From an uncultured virus (IMG/VR IMGVR_UViG_3300036944_000487) (taxonomy: Duplodnaviria; Heunggongvirae; Uroviricota; Caudoviricetes), in the IMG/VR virus record IMGVR_UViG_3300036944_000487: a stretch of DNA of 64,000 bases. One strand, 5' to 3'. This document shows positions 37,368-47,400 of the stretch, piece after piece. The translations under genes and the position numbers were made by a program. How positions within the stretch are numbered: position 1 is the first letter of the stretch; every line of letters begins with the position of its first letter. The notes beneath the pieces are model-generated. The model searched no databases. It was not told the origin of the DNA and saw only the letters and a list, made by a program, of their open reading frames with translations.

Positions 37368-37778
37368 ATGAAGAAGTTCACCTCTCTCTTTCTCGCTGTT
37401 GCAGCCGCACTGATCCTCACCGCTTGCGGTGACAAGGTCAGCTTCGACACCCTGGAACTCCAGCGTTCCGTGGCCAACGACAACAGCCGTTTCAACGCTC
37501 AGAAGTGGCGAGCCGAGAACGGGTTCGAAACCATGAACATCCTGACTCGTGGTGACAGTACCCAACAAGCCAACTGCCCTCAAGGCGATGGCTGGGCCAG
37601 TGTCGATCTGATCGATGCTACGTCCAAGGCTGTCCAGCTGCAGCTCAAGTGCAGCACGGTCAGTGGAGCGGTCGGTTGCTACAAGGCCAGCGACTTCAAA
37701 GCTCGAGCCGTCCTCAGCAGCCAGGAGAACCGCTGCAACTCCGAGATCCCCAAGAGCCTGAAGAAGATCGAGCAGTGA
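37368..37778 (+). CDS. putative lipoprotein
   Basis: MKK + hydrophobic stretch + LTAC lipobox. Confidence 0.75.
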   Translation: MKKFTSLFLAVAAALILTACGDKVSFDTLELQRSVANDNSRFNAQKWRAENGFETMNILTRGDSTQQANCPQGDGWASVDLIDATSKAVQLQLKCSTVSGAVGCYKASDFKARAVLSSQENRCNSEIPKSLKKIEQ

Positions 37779-37885
37779 TGCTGATCTGCACTCTGGGCAA
37801 CTTCATCAACACGTTCCTCTTCGGAACGATCACTGGCATGGCCCTCGGGGGCACTGCCTTCTACTTCTTTTTCAAAAAGAAGTAA
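37778..37885 (+). CDS. small single-TM protein
   Basis: TGATG coupling; 35 aa hydrophobic ending KKK. Confidence 0.5.
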   Translation: MLICTLGNFINTFLFGTITGMALGGTAFYFFFKKK

Positions 37886-37914
37886 CCCTACCCAACTGAA
37901 CCAAGGAAAACAAC

Positions 37915-38658
37915 ATGTCTCTCCTCGCAAACCTGAAGTCCGACGCCTCGATCGCCGGTGAACGTGACAGCGTCGGCAACGGCGGCGTCCTCGACTCTGG
38001 CCTGCACATGGCCACCATCAAGCTGGCCTACCTGACCAAGTCGGCAGGTGGTGCAGTCGGCCTGGTGCTGAACGCCAAGACCCAAGCCGGTCGTGAGCTG
38101 CGTCAGACCCTGTGGATGACCTCTGGTACCGCCAAGGGTGGTACGAACTACTACACCGACAAGGATGGAGCCAAGCAGTACCTGCCTGGTTTCAACATCG
38201 CCAACAGCCTGGCGCTGCTGACGGTCGGCAAGGAAATCGGTGACCTGGATACCGAGACCAAGGTGGTCAACGCCTACTCGCCCGAAGCCAAGGCCGAAGT
38301 CCCGACGAAGGTCGAGATGTTGGTCGAGCTGCTGGGTCAGGACATCCTGATCGGTGTCATCAAGCAGGTGGTCGACAAGACCCAGAAGAACGACGCTGGC
38401 GTGTACGTCCCCACGGGCGAGACCCGTGAAGAGAACGAGATCGACAAGCTGTTCCGTGCGCGTGACCGCATGACGACTGCCGAGATCCGTGCCAAGGCCG
38501 AAGACGCCGCCTTCGCAGCCGTCTGGGAAGCCAAGCACACGGGCAACGTCCGTGACAAGTCCAAGGGTGCCAACGGTGCCGCAGGGACTGCGGGTGCTCC
38601 CAAGGGTGCTGCTGCAGCCGCTGGCACCAAGAAGCCGACGACCAGCTTGTTCAGCTGA
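37915..38658 (+). CDS. Single-stranded DNA-binding protein (N4 gp45-like)
   Basis: E.D..G.G..L.SG, YLPGF, GETREENEIDK.F, C-terminal KKPTTSLFS. Confidence 0.9.
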   Translation: MSLLANLKSDASIAGERDSVGNGGVLDSGLHMATIKLAYLTKSAGGAVGLVLNAKTQAGRELRQTLWMTSGTAKGGTNYYTDKDGAKQYLPGFNIANSLALLTVGKEIGDLDTETKVVNAYSPEAKAEVPTKVEMLVELLGQDILIGVIKQVVDKTQKNDAGVYVPTGETREENEIDKLFRARDRMTTAEIRAKAEDAAFAAVWEAKHTGNVRDKSKGANGAAGTAGAPKGAAAAAGTKKPTTSLFS

Positions 38659-38705
38659 ACCTCAAGCCCCAGCAATGGGGCTACCTCTCAACTCTGAAAG
38701 GATCC

Positions 38706-39077
38706 ATGAATCACATCCAATCCCCAAGAACCTGTGACGCTTCCATCGAGGAAGAGATCCTGGCCAAGGGGCTGACTGCCCCTCGGGTCACTCCGGCTGA
38801 CATCGAAGCCAACATCAGCAGTGAGCACTACTTTACTGCTGCTCAAGGCTGCGTTGGCAACGTGGATGAGGATCCTAGTGACGCCTCTTTGCATGCTATG
38901 GAGCTCCTGACGTTCTGCGTCCTCGTCCTTCGAAACGGATTCACCGTGACGGGCGAGTCGGCATGTGCATCACCCGAAAACTTCGATGCAGAGATCGGCC
39001 GCAAGGTCGCTCGAACCAACGCAGTGAGCAAGATGTGGCCTCTCATGGGCTACGCACTGAAGGAGAAGCTGGCATGA
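38706..39077 (+). CDS. Phage Gp49-family protein
   Basis: LTAPRVTP, LTFCVLVLRNGFTVTGESACASPENFDAEIG. Confidence 0.88.
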   Translation: MNHIQSPRTCDASIEEEILAKGLTAPRVTPADIEANISSEHYFTAAQGCVGNVDEDPSDASLHAMELLTFCVLVLRNGFTVTGESACASPENFDAEIGRKVARTNAVSKMWPLMGYALKEKLA

Positions 39078-39532
39078 GTTTTGTCATCGCATTTGGCGAG
39101 CTGCCTGCCGAGATGCTTCCGCATCAAGACAGGGTACTCAACGAACGCAGGGATCTTGCTCGCAAGACCAGCGCACTGGAAGCGTTCATTCTCGGAGAGA
39201 CGTTCCAGACTCTCCCAGAACGTGAGCAGGAGCTGATGTCTCAGCAACTGGAGTACATGGCTCTGTACCTCCAGGTACTGAACATCCGGGTGGCTGACAT
39301 CACGGGATCCAAGCAGTACACCTGCAACAAGCAGGTGATGGCAAGGACCATGCACCGGGGAACCTTCTACCGGCTCATGGGCTGGGATCTTCCCGAAGGG
39401 GAGAGCCCGCTCCAGTCAGGCTACCTGGTCGAGAGCCTGGATGGGAGCGAACCCAACCATCCGGAGTTTGCAAGCTACATCAGCTGGATGCCTGCAGACG
39501 AGTTCGAGCTCAACCACAAGGAGAACCCATGA
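39074..39532 (+). CDS. conserved phage two-domain protein
   Basis: PHQ.RV..E..L..K...L..F N-domain; GYLVE..DG..PNH....YISW.P...FE C-domain. Confidence 0.75.
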   Translation: MSFVIAFGELPAEMLPHQDRVLNERRDLARKTSALEAFILGETFQTLPEREQELMSQQLEYMALYLQVLNIRVADITGSKQYTCNKQVMARTMHRGTFYRLMGWDLPEGESPLQSGYLVESLDGSEPNHPEFASYISWMPADEFELNHKENP

Positions 39533-39831
39533 ACGGAACCCAAGAACTTCCTCCGGACATCATTCCGGTGTACGACCTGGACAAGTTCGTTCAAACCCTC
39601 ACGGCCTGGCATGCAAACCAGTGTGCTGCAGTCCAGCACATGCTGACCATCCCTGAAGGTTCGCAGTTCGAAATCGGAGAAGACGAAGCCAAGCAGTCTG
39701 TCACCCTGACCGGTGATGTACTGGTTGCCTTCAAGCTCGGTATCGAGATGACCATGATGCAACTGGGTACCCTGCCCTTCGTTGCAGAGATGGACGACGA
39801 GCCGGAAGCAACGCCTGTTGTTCCCAGCTGA
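39529..39831 (+). CDS. conserved N4-like hypothetical protein
   Basis: L.AWH...IPEG...FK.G......LG.LPF. Confidence 0.7.
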   Translation: MNGTQELPPDIIPVYDLDKFVQTLTAWHANQCAAVQHMLTIPEGSQFEIGEDEAKQSVTLTGDVLVAFKLGIEMTMMQLGTLPFVAEMDDEPEATPVVPS

Positions 39832-40286
39832 TGAAAGACTGTCGCATCGGGATCGACCCAGGAGGAAGCGGAGCCATTGTGCTGCTGCGAAACGGTAACC
39901 CCGAATCGTGGCTCAACATGCCTCTCATCAAGGTGGGCACCAACACGAGAGTGAACGGTGCCCAGGTTGCTGCCTTCCTGAAGTCTTTCCCCGGTGTGCC
40001 AGTCTTTCTTGAGCTGGTGCACATCATGCCCAAGCAAGGTGCCAGTTCGGCCTTCACCTTTGGACACTCAGCGGGAGTCGTACAAGGACTGGCTCAAGGT
40101 CTGGGACATCCCTTGACCATGGTCACACCCCAGAAGTGGAAGAAGGCTGCAGGCCTGATCGGTACTGAGAAAGACCGTGCACGAAGCACAGCCATCCTGC
40201 TCTGGCCTCACTGGCGAGAGCTTGATTCGAAAGGCAAGGGTGGCGCTCTTGCAGACGCTGCCCTGATCGGTCGCTACGGCGACTGA
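39831..40286 (+). CDS. RuvC-like Holliday junction resolvase
   Basis: IGIDPG..GA, E.V..MP.QG..S.F.FG, VTPQ.WKK, ADA.LI. Confidence 0.85.
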   Translation: MKDCRIGIDPGGSGAIVLLRNGNPESWLNMPLIKVGTNTRVNGAQVAAFLKSFPGVPVFLELVHIMPKQGASSAFTFGHSAGVVQGLAQGLGHPLTMVTPQKWKKAAGLIGTEKDRARSTAILLWPHWRELDSKGKGGALADAALIGRYGD

Positions 40287-40332
40287 TCCAATCCCACCCA
40301 AACCACGGTCAATAGACCAAAGGAGAAATATC

Positions 40333-40608
40333 ATCCAGATCCAACTGAAGCAACCCGAGATCGCCCAGGCGATTCAGCAGTACATCGCCAAGCAAGGCAT
40401 CGACCTGTCGGACAAGGCCATCTCCATGGCCTTCACTGCAGGCCGCAAGGAAACCGGCATCTCCGTCGAGATCACCATCGACGAGCTGAAGTCGACGCTC
40501 GATGTGGAAGCACCTCCGCTTCCGACCATCGTTCCGGTCCAGGTTGCACCCGCAGCCAACGAGACCCAAGCTGACGAAGCACCCGTGGCCAAGAGCCTGT
40601 TCGGCTGA
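40333..40608 (+). CDS. conserved N4-like protein, possible ATC start
   Basis: AAGGAG 7 nt before ATC; open frame IQIQLKQPEI...FTAGRK..G...SLFG. Confidence 0.55.
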   Translation: MQIQLKQPEIAQAIQQYIAKQGIDLSDKAISMAFTAGRKETGISVEITIDELKSTLDVEAPPLPTIVPVQVAPAANETQADEAPVAKSLFG

Positions 40609-40616
40609 CCGGGGCT

Positions 40617-40781
40617 GTGGAAGTACTGAAGTGGATTGGCTACATCGTAGCTGCCATCGCAGTGCTCTCCGTAGCCCTTGGCCTCGGTGCCATCATCGGG
40701 GTCGTAGTGCTCTTCGGAGCAGCACTGGTCTTCTCAGTCGGCCTGATCCTGCTAGTCGCAGGATTCCTCAGAGGCCGATAA
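40617..40781 (+). CDS. small two-TM membrane protein
   Basis: 54-aa almost fully hydrophobic ORF from GTG. Confidence 0.55.
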   Translation: MEVLKWIGYIVAAIAVLSVALGLGAIIGVVVLFGAALVFSVGLILLVAGFLRGR

Positions 40782-40785
40782 CTCT

Positions 40786-41398
40786 GGTGGAGAGAATCCA
40801 CCCGACACCCAGGAAAGACTGGGACCAACATTGAAGCGCCCAGTTGAGCCCGAACTCAGGCACAGGTGGCCTCTGATGCCACTGGGTAAGACTGGGTGCT
40901 TCAATGTTGGTAGCTATTACTTGCAGGACGATACCTGCGTTGCCCTGGTAACCATGTGCTCACATGGGGGCGAGTATGAGCAACTACCTCACCACTGCTG
41001 TCCCCGACAGTGTCAAGCGTCTCAAAAGGAAAGGGCTGAGCAAATCGGGGAACCAAACAACCTAGTAAGCAGACTTTGTCTGCAGTGGGCACACTGCAGA
41101 TGGATAGGTAGCTGATCCCTACCTTGAGCGAAGTGACGAAATCGGTAGACGTGAGCTCCATAATGGGAGCTTGGGACCGCCGCGAGGCCCCATGTAGGTT
41201 CGACCCCTACCTTCAATGCTCAAAACAAACAACCAATCCTCTCCCCCTGATGGCGAAATGCCTGGCAGTGATCCACAGCCGAACGTCAGAGACCCTGGTA
41301 CCTATGAAGGGGTGAGGTACCAGCGATACACACGATCGTGACTTCAGCAACTGCAGCGAATGTGCGTGTGAGCAGTGACACCCCGGAGAGACGGGGCC
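40786..41398 (+). ncRNA. Putative structured non-coding RNA cluster
   Basis: No credible ORF; at least ten stems including a 22-bp stem with G-U pairs on the + strand; A/C-rich linkers. Confidence 0.6.
41124..41223 (+). tRNA. Degenerate class II (Leu-like) tRNA-like element
   Basis: D-arm GACGAAATCGGTAGACGT, T-arm GTAGG-TTCGACC-CCTAC, long variable arm; non-canonical anticodon loop and bulged acceptor stem, no CCA. Confidence 0.5.
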
Positions 41399-41404
41399 TA
41401 TTCA

Positions 41405-44400
41405 TCACTGAGGAGCCCAGTCACTCCCTCCAGCTCCCACCAACGACAGTGCACTGTTCACTGTCGCCAGCTCATCCAGTGCTCCAGGGTACTGCAAGGC
41501 TCCCCAGTGGATCGGGTTGTTCCCGATCTTGGCGACCCATGAGCTATCCAGAACGATGGGGCCGAAGTCCAGGAACTGACCCAGCAACACTGCACTGAAC
41601 ACTCGAGCAGGGTGATCCTTGGTCAGCCGCATCAGAACCTTCTGCACCCGCAGGAAGTACTTCATGAACGGGAAGATCCCCATGTCATCGAGGTACTGCA
41701 TGCTGCGGTGCATCGGAACGTCGTAGTTGATGAAGTCTTCACTGGACTGCTGGATCGCGTCTTCCTTGCTCAACGGATCCACCTGACGGGTCGTCAGGTG
41801 TTGATACTGCGTGTACCGAGCCATGAAGTCAGAGAGCTGGGTCACCCGACGCAGTGCCTGGTACGGAGCCGTGTCCTTGGTCATGTAGACGTTCTTCAGT
41901 GTCGTCTTCACACCAGGATGCAGCTTGCTCGTCAGGGTGTCGACCTTCTCAGTCAAGGCGCTCTTGTACGAGTACGGGTCCACATCTTCCGCAGCATCTT
42001 CCACGATGGTCGGCATCAGGCCTGCTTCGATCAGCTCCCGCACTGGGTTGCGAGCCAGAGCATCCTCCAGTCGAGCGATCTGGATCTTGATCTGTGCATC
42101 CTTGCCGTTCGTCTGACCGATGTCGATGAGCGTTTTCAGACGATCCAACTCATCACTGTCACGCTGGTAGGACGTAGCACCACGCCAAGCCACCAGGTGA
42201 CTGTTGACGATGTCCTTGATCGGAACACCCGACAGGATCAGCAGCGACATGTTGCTCTTCAGGTTACCCATCATCACGGTCACCGTCTTGATCACCAACA
42301 GATCTTTGGTCTCTCCGACGATTTCCTGCCAGGCTCTTTCCCCACGGGAGATCACCACCGCAGCCCGCTCACCGTACTTCTCCGGATCTGGGTGACCTTT
42401 GGTTCGGGCATGCAGCACCAGGGCATGTTCCACCGCCACGGTGAAGAACTTGGCCATGGCATTCTCGAAGTCATCCACAAGGCCTTGAGAGCCGATCGGA
42501 GCCATACCCCTGGCAATCCGGTCGGCATCATCCTTGCGTCGATCCTGCGTCGATCTGATGGCGTTGGCGAGGCTCAGCTTGCGGTACCCGAAGATGATGT
42601 CCCGTTGATCGTTCCGAACGAACATCCCATCCCGACCCCAGATGGCACGAGCTGCTGCCTTGGAATCATCCGGCAGCTTGGCCCACATCTCACGGAGCTC
42701 GGGATCCGGGCTCTTCGGACCCACCAGAACATAGGCAGCAGACTTGCGAGCCTTCTCCGCGTCGTACTGATCCTTCATGGCTTGGAACACTCGGGTGTTG
42801 GTATCCGTCACCGTGTCCTTGCCGAAGATCGAACCAGCCAAGGTACCGAGTACCAGGTCGAACTGGTTCTCACGTTGAAGAATGGTGTCCTTGGTGCTGT
42901 CGTGCATCAGGTACCGCCAGTTCACGATCTCCCCCTGGGGGTTCACGATCGGAGCCATATACGTGTGCTTCTCCTGGGAAGGATCCCAGTTCGAAGCGTT
43001 GTTCATGGCGTTCTGCTTGCCGTGCATGATGTCGGCCTGCAGCGAAGCGTTGGCCAGACCATCGGCAGTGTTGATGTTCATGTACCCGCTGTGCTGACGA
43101 GCTCCCTTGGAGCGCTTCCCGTCATAGGCCAGGTTGCCAGTCAGGTGAGGCATCAAGCCACCACCATCCAGCACGTAGAGGTGCTTGCGGGTCTGATCCG
43201 GATGAGCGGGATCGATCTCGACAGCAGCACCCTTCTTGTAGCCTTTGTTGATGAGCTCCTGACCCGTGACATCGTCAGCCGTCTGGATCTCGATGTGAGG
43301 GCTGTAGATCTCCTGGGTGTAGCCGTGAGTCATCAGGGCTTCCTGGCCTTGGAACAACCGGTCCCTGGATTCCTTGTCCATGCGACGGTGCATCTCAAGC
43401 ACGAACTCCACACCGTTCCCTTCACTGGCCGGTCGAGCGTTCTCGGTCTGCAGCACTCGCTTGGCGATGTTCAGCTCCGCAGGGGGAACGTAGCTCAGTG
43501 CGTAGAGAGCCACCAGCTTCTCAACCACTGGCTCCCGTTGCTGAGCCTGGGCTTCCGTCACCCGGTTGCGGTACGGAGTTCCGTACAGACGGGCGATGTT
43601 GTGAGCGTTCATCATCAAGACCTTGGCCTTGTTCCGACCGGTCACCTTGAAGTACCCCAGCGCCTTGGCCTGGTTGATCACCGAGTTCCTCATGTTGCCC
43701 AAGCCAGTGAGCTGAGCTTCTAGGGAAGCGATCTCGGCATTCCGTGCTGCCTTGTCACCCACCAGGTTCTCCAGCTGGGTCATGTTGTACGGACCCTTCA
43801 GCACAAAGGCTCCCGTCCGCATGAACACCTGAGTGATGCTGTTCTTGGCAGCTTTCGACATGTCCTTGCCACCGTTGACGAAGGCTTGACGGGTCATCTT
43901 GGAGATGCGGGTGATCAGGTCTTTGCGCTCACCTTCCAGAACCTTGCGTTCACGCAGCAGAGCTTCCTGGACCTTGTCACCACCCATAGCGTAGTTCAGG
44001 GTACCGGCCACGAAGCCCAGACGATCCTTCCACTGCTGTGCACGGAACTGCTTGACCTCCTCCATGAAGGCGTCGACCTGGTTGTTGGCCACGATGCGAA
44101 CCACACTACCGACTGCCTTCACAACGCTGCTGGAATTGTTGCGAACCAACTGGGAGCCAGCGATGTCACTGACCTTGCGGATACCCGCTTCCACCAGCTT
44201 CTTGGCTCCGGCTTCGATCGGTGCTGTCAGGTTGAAGGCTCCTGCACGACGAGCCAGTGAAGATCTCTTCTTGGCTTCGATGTCGATCAGTTGATCCACC
44301 AGACGCAACAGCTTGGCATCAGCCTTCTGACCAGCGTAGGTGCTCGTCACCTTCTCATGGAAGAACTCGAGCACACCTTCCCAGAAGATGCCCAGCTTCT

Positions 44401-47400
44401 CCATGATGGTCTTGCCCTGCTTCTTAGCAGTACCCTGGGTGTTTACCCGCAGGAGCTTGTTGACCTGTTCGTTGGCCAGACCAAAAGCAGCAAACCGAGC
44501 CAAGTGATCCGATCGACCGTTGGCACCTGTCTCCACCTTGAAGAGGAAGTTGTACTGGTCCACTGACGCAAAGTCGGTGGGCTTGATGATGCTCATGGCT
44601 TCCGTGAACAGTGTGTTCAGTTCATGCCGTGCACTGGTGGCCGTGGTTTCATCGCGCTCCAGAGCAATCCGTACCGTGGCTTCTACTTGCTCCATGGCAT
44701 GAGCCTCACGCTCACTCATGATGAACGGAGCTGCGATAGCCGAACCAGCGAACGGAGCATTCCCGGTAGCCAGGGCCTTGTGCCACACATCCACTGCCGT
44801 CAGTGCCTGGTTCTTCATCCACCCAGGCTTGAGCACTTGGAAGGGACCGTAGAGCTTCTCGACGATACCGCCCAGGACGTTCCTCAGCTTGGCATCGAAC
44901 TCCGGCGTCACAGAGCCAGCGTTCAAGGCGTTGTGGATGTCGAGCGTGGTGAAGTTGTTGACGGCTCCCACGGGGTTAGCAGGCATGGCCATCGACAGGC
45001 TTCGGATCGTGCGCGAATCCCAAGCCCGCAACACGACTTCTGCGTCTTTCCTGGTGCGGATCAGACCGGTAATCTCGTCTTCTAGTGGGTGCCCGACCTC
45101 AATCCACTCCCCTGTAGTAGTGTCTACGAGCTTAAAGCCTTCCCTGTCTTCAGAGATGGTCAGGACGCGCGTGTCCCGTGTCATCGACTTGGCTGGAAGA
45201 CCTGTACTGTCTCGGACACCAGCCTGCTCCACGGTTGCTGACTCAAGCAAGCCAGTCACGTTCTCGATCAGCCCTGCAAGGGCTGTCGAGGCTTGGGCTT
45301 CTTGAGTCTGGGTCTTCTTGATGCGTGCAAACAGCAGACCCACCAACCGGTCGACAAACTCCTTGAAGCCGTTGACCAAGCCAGTCGACGGAGTCGTCAC
45401 AGTGACCTGAGCCAGGAATTCCTGGAACGACTTGCGGGTCATCCCGTAGGCCACGAACTCATCGAGGTCGTTCAGTGCTGCGTCGAACTTGGTGATCCCC
45501 TTGTCTTGTGCGTACGCCTTGGCTTGCTCCATCAGATCCGTGAGCGCAGCGATCATCGCCTTTTCAGCACCACGAGGACTGGCCATGACATGCTGCAAAA
45601 CTGCGTGCACCAGCTCGTGGAGCAGTACTTCAGGAGTCTGCAGACCGGTGTTCACGAAGTCATCCGACAGGATGTAGACCTCGTTGCCAGTCTTCCAACC
45701 GAAAGCCTTGCCTTGATCTTCCTTCCTCGGCATCTTGGATTCCGGGAGAACCGTGTCCTTCCTGACCAGGATCACCTTGATGTCCGCAGGCATGGCCTTG
45801 CGCAGCATTCCAACCAGGAGCCTGGTGTAGCTCCCTTTCTCCATCATGTCGTACAGGTACTTTGCTACCTGTGCACCAGTGGGCTCAGGGTTCTGTTCGA
45901 AGAAGCTCAGCAGCTGTGGGTTGCTGGCTTTGACAGGCGTACCCACCGTTCCAAAGGGACTCTCTTCGTCAACAGGGTCCGACTCGAAGTCCGCAGCTTC
46001 TGCGCTTGGTTCGGCTGTGCCTGCTTCATGAATCGCAATGCCCAGCTCCTTCGCAGCAACCAGTACATCGTTCGACAGGCCACCATCTTCCTTCCGAGCT
46101 TTCTCCAGCAGTGCTGCTGCTTCATCCCGGTCATCTTGGGTGACTTGGTACTCGCCACCCTCCCAGGTGTACTGATCAACTGATCCCATCAAGCTCATCG
46201 TTTCCAGACGGATCAGGTTGGCCTGGTGCGCTTGAGCCTTGGCGTTGATCAGTGCCTGACCCACCATCTGCTTGTAGCTCAGGTCCACCTTCTGCTTGTC
46301 CGTCAGCAGGTTCTGGATGATGCTCTCCAGTGCAGCCAGAGCCTCGGGACTCACGTTGCCAGACTGGACCATGTCCCACGAATTCATCACTGCACGCTCG
46401 AGCATCTCGTAGGCTTCGTTGGCCGGAGAGAAGCGAAGCATCGTTGTCCAGGTGGACTGGTTGATCCGCTGAGCAGTAGCCTCGACCTTGTCAGCTGCGT
46501 TGCCTGCTTCGTCGTGCACGTTGAGGGACTGAGTTCCCTCGATGGAGTCGTGCATGATGTGGCTGTCAGTCGAGTGCATGAGGTACGGAAGCCCAGCCAC
46601 ACCAGGGCTGTATTCGGACTCCTGCATTCCTCGAGACTTGATCTGGACACTCTCGTTTCCATCAGCGTCCGTGAAGGCAACACCCATCTGCACTTCGATG
46701 GCGTACATCGGATCGTTGCCCAGGTTCTTAGACTGCTTGGCCATCATCAAACCCGAGCCCAGACCATCAGCACCTTGGGTGTAAGCCGTGTGTGCCTGAG
46801 GCAGGATGGCTTCGACTTTCTTCCGCAGTGCTGCCTCTTGAGCCACCGTCATGTCATGCAGCGGGATTTTGATCTTCGGAGCTGACGTGTCAGCCTTCCC
46901 GTCCTTACCCTTGGGTGACACCTCGGTGTAGGCAATCTCACCAGCTTCAATCAAGCGAGCCAGTTCCTTGGTTCGCAGATCCTGATAGATCGCTTGGTAG
47001 ATTGCGAACGAAGCCTGGATGCTTTCGTTGACCCCATTGCGGCGCTTGATGAACTCGCTGAAGTACGACTTCATGGTCTTCTTCACGGTCTTGCCCAAGA
47101 CCTCGTCAAACGCGACCTTCAGTGCTTTCGCCTGGAACGGTTCGATCTCCCACGCCATGAGCTCGTCGATGGTTTCGTCGGGAGAGATCAGCTCGCTGTC
47201 CGGCAAGCCACCCATCGAGAACATCTCGTTGATGCTGCGGATGAGGTCTTGACGCTTCAGTCGGGGATCGGCACCAGTCGCCAGATCTTCGATGCGGCTG
47301 AACACTGCTTCAACGAAGGCGTTCTGCATGTTCTCCAGGGACTTTTCCACCGAAGAACCAAAGGCAAAGGAAGTCAGCGGCGTCTTGACAATCTTCCGAC

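Noticed and set aside
41249..41292. CTGATG...GAAA resembling a hammerhead ribozyme core
   Set aside because: Lacks CUGAUGA and the required three-stem arrangement; CTGATG pairs with CGTCAG instead
40831..41315. Short ORFs (63-94 aa) in the structured intergenic block
   Set aside because: TTG starts, no RBS, Cys-rich non-phage-like composition; RNA structure explains the region better
41612..43723. Long + strand ORFs opposite vRNAP, capsid and portal (e.g. 703 aa, 469 aa)
   Set aside because: Antisense shadows of strongly biased codon usage; no motifs or RBS
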